From a virus (taxonomy: Duplodnaviria; Caudoviricetes), in IMG/VR virus record IMGVR_UViG_3300048585_000035, positions 1-41,341 of that record: a stretch of DNA of 41,341 nucleotides; one strand, written 5' to 3'. The notes under the pieces were generated by a model. That model saw only the letters and a list, made by a program, of their open reading frames with translations. It was not told the DNA's origin and ran no database searches. Shown here in pieces: positions 34,879 to 41,341 of the stretch (within the stretch, counting starts at the first letter, position 1; every line of letters begins with the position of its first letter). The translations under genes were made by a program, and so were the position numbers.

Positions 34879-37440
34879 TTAAGCGTAGTTCCGGTCAGGA
34901 ATGAGTGTCACTGGGATAGACGAGTCCACCGCCGTGAGCGCCAGGTTGCGAATATAGTACGGCACATACCCAGGCTTAAGGAACCCGATGTCGATTGTCT
35001 GGGCTCCAGAGAAGGTGAAGCCATATGAGCTGGAAGCCCAGGCGTCCTTCTGCTCGAGAATGGTGCTTGTGCCAGCCGTCAACACCACGATGTCGCAACC
35101 AGTCGGGAGACCGGTGAAGGTCACCGTATTGGTATCGAGCGGGTAGGTGTATTCCTGCGCTGTCGTGGTTGTCGTGATCGGAATGCTGATCGAAGTGATC
35201 GCTGTCGCACTGGCCGTCGTCGTCTTGATGCGGATCTTGAGCTTCACACCCAACGCTGCATTCAACGTGTGGCCACTCAGGTTGGCACCGGTCATAGCCA
35301 GCCATGTGCCATTCCAGCCATTGCCGTCGTTCAGGTCGATCTGATACGTCAGCGAGTAGTTGCCGATCGTACCACCCGCCATGGTCGTGGCACTGTTGGT
35401 GAACTGCGTGATGCCCAGCATGAAGTCTGGCATCGTGAACTCAATCTCGTCGTTGAGCACAGCCATCACCAGGCCACCTGCACCAGTGAACGACGGCGTC
35501 CCAGCAATCGTCGCCACCTGTGAAGCACTCTCCACAGTGGTTTCGTTCATCAGGATGTCGAGGCTGCCGGCAGTATCCGACGTGTACTCATGGCTGAAGT
35601 GCGTACCGTACACACCGGCTTGAGCTGACACGCTGATGTTGGCCTTGACACCCTTGTTTTTCTGGTTCGCTGCTGCGCAAATCGGCGCATCGGCTACGTC
35701 TCCACCGACGTTCTCGAACGTGAAGCCCTTGCACGAGTTGTCGACCAGCCAGAGGTTGGTACGAGTGTTCGACACCCAGCAACGCTGTACACGAACATCG
35801 AGAGCTACGGCTGCTGCGATGCAATTGAGCAGGTAGCCTGATGCGCTGGCCGAACCCAGGCTCAACGGAGCCGCTCGAGACCCGATGTTACGCAGCGTAG
35901 TGCCTTGGCAAAGCGCCAAGCCTACCGTCAGCACTGCCGTGTACGGGTGGACGTTGGTCAAGCCACCGAACGTCAAACCATCGCACATCGTGTCGATACA
36001 GCCCAGCGTCACTTCCCACACCGACATCGGGTTGGTGGTGCCGGTCGTGCCCGTGATGCGGTCGACATACACGGTGTTGGTGAACTTGGTGTTCACGCAC
36101 GTGGCAAGCAGCACGCGACCACCGATGAAGACCGGATTGGTGAACGTGGTATTGACGCAGCGCGTAATCGTGGCAATACCGGTGGTAGCGTTGCCGCGCA
36201 CGGCACCGGCAATGATCTTCGGGCGGATGAACGTGAGATCCACACTGTCTTGCAGCAGGATGCCGTACTGACCGCTGGCCGCCAGGGTTGCACGCAGTCC
36301 CACAAAATCCGTGATTGTTCCGCCACCCAGGCACTGACGAATGTCGAGCGGATAGTTCGACGTGGCGTCAGAACAGCCAACGCCGACGTTCTCAATGACG
36401 ATTGGCGACACGCACTCGCCAATGTAAATCTGCGTCATGAACGCACTGTTTTTGAAGCTGACTGAATATGCCTGACTCAGGTTGGTGTACCAACTGCCCG
36501 ACAAAAACTCCACATCGAGCACACCGCCGCTCGTGGTCGTCAGGTCGAAGCGCGTGCCGAACGTCGTGTTTGGAATGACGTTGGCGGTGCGAGCAGCCGT
36601 GGTGCAATTGACCACGTGCACGTTGGGCATCCGGATCTTGCAGCCTGAAGCGGGCACATAGCCAACCGTGTTGGTGCCGTCACTGCCCAGACGCAGCACA
36701 CCCGATGAGTTGATCCAACACACCTTGCCACGGACAGCGTCGGTGGCCGTCGAAGACGCTGCGATGTTGCCGAGGTTGTTCGGGTAGAACTCGTAGACTC
36801 CGCTGCCGCTGGCGGTCTCCACCCAGACACCTGGGCACCACAGGCTCAGGCCCATGGTAGGCAACTGCCACGTGGTCGCAGAGCTTCCGCTTGCTGTACC
36901 GATCGAATACCAGTCACCTCGAACTTCCCACTTGCCGAGGCGGGGCACGTTCAGCGTCGCCGCGTCATCGCCCACCACCTGGATCCAACCAACAGTGTCC
37001 GTGCCATTCACCGTCGCCGTGATGCCACCGAGGGCTTCGTTGTCGACGTAAGCGCCGTCGTTCCACTGCTTGATTTTGATGAAGCCGGTGGCCGGCATGG
37101 CAGCGGCGGGTGCCAGTGGAGCCGCGTTCAGTGCCGAGTAGACGCCGATGAGCTTGCCGCTACCCGCCGCCCCAGTGATCACCGTGTTGAACGCAGGCAC
37201 CGTGCCTGAACCGCCATCAAACGGGATGAGTCGCACTTTCCTGGCATCAATGCGGAAGATGCCACCCAAGGTGGCCGAAATTGTGACGTTGCCCAGGCTC
37301 GCACTGGTCGACGCATTCACGCCATACCGCGAGTCCTGGTCGATCGTCAGCGTGCCGCCGTTGATGTTGTAGATGTCGCCACCAGCCTTCGAGGCCAGCT
37401 CATCAATGTTCTGTGCGGCAGTAATCGTGAAAGTTGCCAT
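34879..37440 (-). CDS. Tailspike-like protein with probable right-handed beta-helix
   Basis: Repeated short beta motifs with stacked Cys/Asn (CVNTTFTN, CVNTKFTN, CIDT, CQGTTLRN, CKGFTFEN); ends DRNYA. Confidence 0.6.
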   Translation of the reverse strand: MATFTITAAQNIDELASKAGGDIYNINGGTLTIDQDSRYGVNASTSASLGNVTISATLGGIFRIDARKVRLIPFDGGSGTVPAFNTVITGAAGSGKLIGVYSALNAAPLAPAAAMPATGFIKIKQWNDGAYVDNEALGGITATVNGTDTVGWIQVVGDDAATLNVPRLGKWEVRGDWYSIGTASGSSATTWQLPTMGLSLWCPGVWVETASGSGVYEFYPNNLGNIAASSTATDAVRGKVCWINSSGVLRLGSDGTNTVGYVPASGCKIRMPNVHVVNCTTAARTANVIPNTTFGTRFDLTTTSGGVLDVEFLSGSWYTNLSQAYSVSFKNSAFMTQIYIGECVSPIVIENVGVGCSDATSNYPLDIRQCLGGGTITDFVGLRATLAASGQYGILLQDSVDLTFIRPKIIAGAVRGNATTGIATITRCVNTTFTNPVFIGGRVLLATCVNTKFTNTVYVDRITGTTGTTNPMSVWEVTLGCIDTMCDGLTFGGLTNVHPYTAVLTVGLALCQGTTLRNIGSRAAPLSLGSASASGYLLNCIAAAVALDVRVQRCWVSNTRTNLWLVDNSCKGFTFENVGGDVADAPICAAANQKNKGVKANISVSAQAGVYGTHFSHEYTSDTAGSLDILMNETTVESASQVATIAGTPSFTGAGGLVMAVLNDEIEFTMPDFMLGITQFTNSATTMAGGTIGNYSLTYQIDLNDGNGWNGTWLAMTGANLSGHTLNAALGVKLKIRIKTTTASATAITSISIPITTTTTAQEYTYPLDTNTVTFTGLPTGCDIVVLTAGTSTILEQKDAWASSSYGFTFSGAQTIDIGFLKPGYVPYYIRNLALTAVDSSIPVTLIPDRNYA

Positions 37441-37443
37441 GCG

Positions 37444-38274
37444 TTACACCCATCCACCTGGGAAGTAGCTGTTGCCACTACCGCCGCCCAGAGTACCCTC
37501 TTGGGCGACGATTGTCGTGCCGTTGAAGAACAGGAAGCCCTGCACACTCAACGCCGAGATGGCCGAGAGTCGCGGCGAGGCTTGTTGCGACGCCGCTTGC
37601 GCTGCGGCTGCTGCTCCGATTGGATCGTAGCGAGCATCGGCGTCCGCTCGAGTCGGGATGGATCCAGCTGTTCCAACGCCAATGGCTCGACGGGTGAAGG
37701 TGTCGGCTCCGGTTTGCTCGAGGAGGCCGGCAGTCGCGTCAAGGGTCGCCAGTGCAGAGAGCGTTGAATCAAGTGCCTGGTACCGCGCATCACCTTCAGC
37801 GAGGACGAGGTACTGAGGGTGCGGATCTGGGAGCCCTTCGTGCGCAGCCACCGCTGCGAGCGGAGCCGCAGCTGATGCGTAGAGACTCGAGCCTTCAGCA
37901 GCAGTGAGGTAATTGGGGTGCGGATCCGCTGCCAGGAGATGCGCAGCCAGCGCCGTGGATGATGTTCCAGCAGCGTCAAAGAGCGCGTTTCCCTCGGCGG
38001 TAGTGAGGTATTGGGCATGGGGATCACCTAGTGCTTCATGTGCGAGAACAGCGCCCGCAGTTTCCTTGCCAGCCAGCGCATTGACGAGGTCGGTCTGGGC
38101 GGAGAGGAGGCCACCAATCTGCCCCCAGTAGGAGACAGCCGGTCCCCCACCAATGCCGCCCAGAGCTGCATACAACTCTTCGAAGTTGGCATTGATCTTC
38201 CCGTACGCCTCGTCACGCCAATCGGTACGCTTGAAGTCGTACCGATCGTTGACCTTGAGAACTTGCTGCGGCAT
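37444..38274 (-). CDS. Tail fibre-like protein with His-containing repeats
   Basis: N-terminal AY.KIN.NF.EL motif; W..I.G.LS.QTDL..AL; three H....DPH..YL repeats. Confidence 0.7.
   Translation of the reverse strand: MPQQVLKVNDRYDFKRTDWRDEAYGKINANFEELYAALGGIGGGPAVSYWGQIGGLLSAQTDLVNALAGKETAGAVLAHEALGDPHAQYLTTAEGNALFDAAGTSSTALAAHLLAADPHPNYLTAAEGSSLYASAAAPLAAVAAHEGLPDPHPQYLVLAEGDARYQALDSTLSALATLDATAGLLEQTGADTFTRRAIGVGTAGSIPTRADADARYDPIGAAAAAQAASQQASPRLSAISALSVQGFLFFNGTTIVAQEGTLGGGSGNSYFPGGWV
37775..38050 (-). repeat. Three AH....DPH.(Q/N)YL..AEG repeats
   Basis: AHEALGDPHAQYLTTAEG / AHLLAADPHPNYLTAAEG / AHEGLPDPHPQYLVLAEG. Confidence 0.85.
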
Positions 38275-38279
38275 GGCTC

Positions 38280-38822
38280 TTACCGGATCTTCGCCCAGCG
38301 GACGAAGCTACCCGCCTTGACCACGATGGCCGACGCGGACACCTCCGACGCGAACCGGGGCACCAGCGTACCTGCCGCACTCGGCTGGAGGATGCCCTTG
38401 ATCAGCGCCCAGTTGCTGCCGGTAGCCGCACTGGTGGCATTGGCTGCGGCCGGCTGGTTGTACGCCTGAAGCAGCGCATTGCGCGTGGTCGAGGTGGTGG
38501 TGAGCGAATACTCGCTCGAGTAGTTCAGGTGGGTGGCTGCCGGCCCGTTCAACGTGAACCGCGCACCCGTGGTCGTGGCTGCCGCCGTGTACACCAGCTG
38601 GAACTCGAAGTCGTAGAGCTTGCCGGCTTCCACCGCAAACCCAAGGCCCGTGATGTCGAGCAGCGTATTCGCCACTGCCTCGGCATTGGTGACATCGGAC
38701 GCGAGCACCAGGATGTCCGGCAGCTCAGCGAAGTTCTCGTTGATCTTCCGGTAGGCAACCCGACGCGGATCGGTGGGGTTGTAGACGGTGGGGGAATTGA
38801 CGTTGAGAAGCTGACGAGCCAT
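38280..38822 (-). CDS. Short fibre/appendage protein (N-terminal anchor plus jelly-roll-like head)
   Basis: AYRKINENFAEL motif; DITGL.FAVEAGK.Y.F, GTL..RFASEV...VKAGS head. Confidence 0.65.
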   Translation of the reverse strand: MARQLLNVNSPTVYNPTDPRRVAYRKINENFAELPDILVLASDVTNAEAVANTLLDITGLGFAVEAGKLYDFEFQLVYTAAATTTGARFTLNGPAATHLNYSSEYSLTTTSTTRNALLQAYNQPAAANATSAATGSNWALIKGILQPSAAGTLVPRFASEVSASAIVVKAGSFVRWAKIR

Positions 38823-38862
38823 GACACACCTCGAGACCGTAGGTTGGCTTGATTGCCGCCAG

Positions 38863-39549
38863 CTACTCTACCGGTTTCGCCTCGATGAGCAAAGGCTCGC
38901 GTGTGTTAAGGGGGACGTTGGCCACCGCCTTCACGTTCCCACCGGCCTCAATCGCAGCCATCTGCCTTGTTGCCAACTCACGCATCATCACCGTCAGTTC
39001 CTGCATTCCATCCTGCTTCTGGGTGACGTTCAGCTCGATCTTCGCAGCCTCCGGCCGCTTGATGTGCGTCAGCAGCGTGCCGGCCGCTTCCGCTCTCGTC
39101 TTCTGGCTGCTCTTCTCACTGGTCATGACATCGACCAGCGTGGCAATCGCCTTGTGTGCCTCATCCTGGTACAGCATGTACAGGGGAATCGTGCTCTGGG
39201 CCAGCAGCTTCTGCACCAGGCTGCCCTTGTGGTACGCGGCCACATGGCTCGAGATGCGCTGCTCGTCATACCCTTTCGCCACCATGTCCCGGTAGCGGTC
39301 CCCCAGCGCAATGCTGTACGCCTGCTGGTTCGTGTGCCCCATCTGCTTCAGGCTCACGTACTTGATGGCCGTGGTGTACTGCTCCATCGAGTGCGTGCCT
39401 TCACGCAGGATGTTGCTGTGCGTGAGCCAGTTCTCCCGCACGAGATCAGCCCCGTCACTCTCGAGGCTGTTCAACATGGTCACCAGCTCCTGGGAAGCCC
39501 AATTGCGCTTGCTTCCCAGGGCCAGTTGTACTTGTTCGTCCGTGACCAT
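38863..39549 (-). CDS. N4 gp69-like protein (terminase small subunit)
   Basis: REN...H..IL.EG....QY..A.KYVS.K.MG.TN..AY, LV..L..QS.IP...YQD...KAI..L, R..AA..LL.H.K.PE motifs. Confidence 0.8.
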   Translation of the reverse strand: MVTDEQVQLALGSKRNWASQELVTMLNSLESDGADLVRENWLTHSNILREGTHSMEQYTTAIKYVSLKQMGHTNQQAYSIALGDRYRDMVAKGYDEQRISSHVAAYHKGSLVQKLLAQSTIPLYMLYQDEAHKAIATLVDVMTSEKSSQKTRAEAAGTLLTHIKRPEAAKIELNVTQKQDGMQELTVMMRELATRQMAAIEAGGNVKAVANVPLNTREPLLIEAKPVE

Positions 39550-39857
39550 TACGCCAGCACCACCGTCAGGCTGCGCAGCGGATTCGGCGGCGAGGTGTCC
39601 TCATTGACCACCTGCGCGAACAGCGGATCCGAGGGCAGGCCCTTCTTCGGCACCACGACGCCCCGGAACTTCCACACGCCGAAGTCGAGGTCCGTGATTT
39701 CCGTCGACAGCACGTCCGGCGCAAACACGCCGATGGCCGTCCAGTCCGCCCCATCGTTGGCGCTGACATCCACCGCCACGTGAAGAATGTCGGCAGGCAG
39801 CAACGGACGGTTGCTGGTGCGCGTATCGGGGAGTTCCCACTGCAGTGTTACGTTCAT
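39549..39857 (-). CDS. Single fibronectin type III-like domain protein
   Basis: VTLQWELP.TR....PL, W, ITDL..G.WKFR.V.V....SDP; AAGGTG SD. Confidence 0.7.
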   Translation of the reverse strand: MNVTLQWELPDTRTSNRPLLPADILHVAVDVSANDGADWTAIGVFAPDVLSTEITDLDFGVWKFRGVVVPKKGLPSDPLFAQVVNEDTSPPNPLRSLTVVLA

Positions 39858-39970
39858 GAATGCACCTTCGCTGTGAAGCTCTTGAGAGGACGTGGCCGAT
39901 CCTTACGAAAGGCCCCGCGCAATTTTAACCACAATCTGCCAAGGCAGCTGTGAGTTTTGAACCATTCCAT
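39854..39970 (-). CDS. 38-aa cationic amphipathic peptide
   Basis: GGAGG SD 7 nt upstream of ATG 39970; ATGA coupling to the next gene; MEWFKTHSCLGRLWLKLRGAFRKDRPRPLKSFTAKVHS. Confidence 0.5.
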   Translation of the reverse strand: MEWFKTHSCLGRLWLKLRGAFRKDRPRPLKSFTAKVHS

Positions 39971-40410
39971 GTGACGGCCTCCAGTGGCACGCGATACTTC
40001 CCATTCACCGTCTGCGTCGCATCGCACGTCACCCCCAGGCCCACCGTATGCGGCGTCACCGTCAGCACGATGTTCCCGCCCGTGCGGAAGAACGTGTACA
40101 CCTTGTTCGTCTTGGTGACGAACTCTCCCGGCAGCACCGTCTTCTCGCTGCTGACGAACTGGCTGCTCACGCCGGCCGTATTCACCGCCGCCAGCGAGAA
40201 CCACCAGAACCCAGGCGTGAGTCCCGTCACTGTCTTGCTCAGCTGGGTGAGGGGCAGGGTTTCCTTCTTCTGCCCGTAGGTGAGCGTGTACTCCTTGAGA
40301 TTGGTGAGCAGCGTGCCATCACAGTTCTTCGTCGGAGCCACCCAGGTTAAATCAGCCGTACCGGCATGTGCCGTCCCAGCCACGAGCATCAGCAACAGCA
40401 ACTTCTTCAT
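39925..40410 (-). CDS. Secreted FN3-like protein
   Basis: Sec signal MKKLLLLMLVAGTAHA; LTW.APTKN.DGT.LTNL..Y.L.YG, V.GLTPG.W.F...AVNT.GV.S. Confidence 0.75.
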   Translation of the reverse strand: MKKLLLLMLVAGTAHAGTADLTWVAPTKNCDGTLLTNLKEYTLTYGQKKETLPLTQLSKTVTGLTPGFWWFSLAAVNTAGVSSQFVSSEKTVLPGEFVTKTNKVYTFFRTGGNIVLTVTPHTVGLGVTCDATQTVNGKYRVPLEAVTWNGSKLTAALADCG

Positions 40411-40411
40411 G

Positions 40412-40642
40412 TCAGCACCTCACCGGTTTCTCGAGCTTCCCGCTCAGTCGTATCTTCCACGTCGGCACCCACTCCGGGTTCATCAGCGTGCACACACCGA
40501 TCGCCGCCTGCTGCAGCGCCACGTTCAGCTTGAGCAGCGGCATGAGCCACTCCGCCCTGGACGTGAGATCCGGCGACTGGCTGTACGGGTTGGCCAGGTA
40601 GATGGGACAGAAGCCAAACCAGCCATAGTGGGTGTAGGTCAT
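40412..40642 (-). CDS. Hypothetical phage protein
   Basis: THYGWFGFCPIYL start; GGAT upstream; ATGA overlap with the holin-like gene. Confidence 0.65.
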   Translation of the reverse strand: MTYTHYGWFGFCPIYLANPYSQSPDLTSRAEWLMPLLKLNVALQQAAIGVCTLMNPEWVPTWKIRLSGKLEKPVRC

Positions 40643-40830
40643 TGCGGAGCATCCTGTTCGAACTTCTTCTGCGCCACGTCCGAGACGGCGTAAATCGTGA
40701 GAGCCAACGACGAAAGGGCCACGTACGTGCCCCCGTCAACCTTCCCGATGAACAGGGCTATCGCCCCCGTCACCTGCACGAAGAAGCTCTGGATGAACTT
40801 CGTGCTCTTCCAATTGATCGTCCCAGACAT
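40639..40830 (-). CDS. Putative holin-like small membrane protein
   Basis: 63 aa; WKSTKF, two hydrophobic segments separated by GK.D, charged tail. Confidence 0.55.
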   Translation of the reverse strand: MSGTINWKSTKFIQSFFVQVTGAIALFIGKVDGGTYVALSSLALTIYAVSDVAQKKFEQDAPQ

Positions 40831-40899
40831 CGATGGCCCTCATGTACTTGCGCCAGGCCGGGTTGCTCACTCGCACCCCGTCTGTCCTTGGTTTCGGTG

Positions 40900-41130
40900 T
40901 CAGAGGGTGTTCCATTCCTCCTCCGTCCCGCCACTGAAGCGGGGAGCCAAGTATAGCCGGCCGCCCTTGCGCTTCACGTAGCCATGCTTCTCGAGCGTCT
41001 TGGTCCGCAGGAATGCGGCCACTGCCGTGATGCCCAGTTCCTTGCCGAGCACCGCGTAGGACGCATCGACGTAACAACCTTTGCACCACTTCGCCAGGAA
41101 ATTCAATGTTGCCAACTGTTTCACGTTCAC
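40900..41130 (-). CDS. LexA-N-like winged helix-turn-helix DNA-binding protein
   Basis: KQLATLNFL, SY..LG.ELGIT..AA......LEKHGYVKR; start GTG 41130 with GGAGG SD. Confidence 0.7.
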   Translation of the reverse strand: MNVKQLATLNFLAKWCKGCYVDASYAVLGKELGITAVAAFLRTKTLEKHGYVKRKGGRLYLAPRFSGGTEEEWNTL

Positions 41131-41279
41131 CGGGAATGTCCTCCGTTCACTAAGCTTATTGAAGCATGCTTTCGGTTTAACGACAACCTTAACGACGTTT
41201 TTGGGAATGCGAATTTTGGTGTGGGAGGAGTTTGATGTCCTCTTCGCTTCAAGCGAGAGGCATCCCCCCCGGAGTACAC

Positions 41280-41300
41280 GTGCGCTACGCGCACTTAGGA
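41280..41300 (+). promoter_or_regulatory. Putative N4-type vRNAP hairpin promoter (template = minus strand, +1 at 41298)
   Basis: Minus strand 5'-TCC TAA GTGCGC GTA GCGCAC-3': C:G-closed GNA triloop centred at -11 relative to a templating C, as in N4 early promoters. Confidence 0.65.
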
Positions 41301-41324
41301 GCATCCCGCTCTTAGGAGACATCG

Positions 41325-41341
41325 ATGGGTCTTATCCGCGT
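41325..41341 (+). CDS. Start of a probable early gene (truncated by the window end)
   Basis: AGGAG SD at 41314-41318, ATG 41325, directly downstream of the hairpin promoter. Confidence 0.45.

Noticed and set aside
39971-40204. 116-aa version of ORF 39854-40204
   Set aside because: Lies out of frame inside the FN3 gene; only the SD-supported 38-aa part is retained.
40736-40915. 59-aa ORF MEHPLTPK... on the minus strand
   Set aside because: SD-like sequence is present but the ORF overlaps about half of the holin-like gene and has no recognisable features; unresolved, so not called.
41131-41322. N-terminal extension of the wHTH ORF
   Set aside because: Crosses the regulatory/hairpin region; a GGAGG-supported GTG at 41130 fits the domain.
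1-41341. CRISPR array, integrase, IS, intron/intein, reverse transcriptase/DGR
   Set aside because: None seen; the repeats found are protein-coding fibre repeats, and the core genes are of normal uninterrupted length.

Overview
This is a 41 kb GC-rich segment of an N4-like podophage (Schitoviridae). Bases 1-6348 (+ strand) hold the end of the replication/middle region: the SSB C-terminus, a structured leader, and an accessory operon. That operon encodes a GNAT, a T5 A1-like metallophosphoesterase, an HD nucleotidase, a DUF5664-like diphosphohydrolase fused to a ribosomal bL12 C-terminal domain, and an N4 gp49-family protein. Bases 6345-41130 (- strand) hold the late region: a 3513-aa virion RNA polymerase, gp51-gp58 equivalents, major capsid, portal, terminase large subunit directly beside the portal, a multi-gene tail fibre/spike block, small terminase, two FN3-like proteins, a holin-like gene and a LexA-like wHTH. 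At the right end is a hairpin with the geometry of an N4 vRNAP promoter but a GTA loop, followed by the start of a probable early gene. The top leads are the diphosphohydrolase-bL12 fusion, the attenuator-like RNA leader of its operon, accessory domains inside the vRNAP, and the variant vRNAP promoter. All family calls come from motif recognition by eye; no searches were run.
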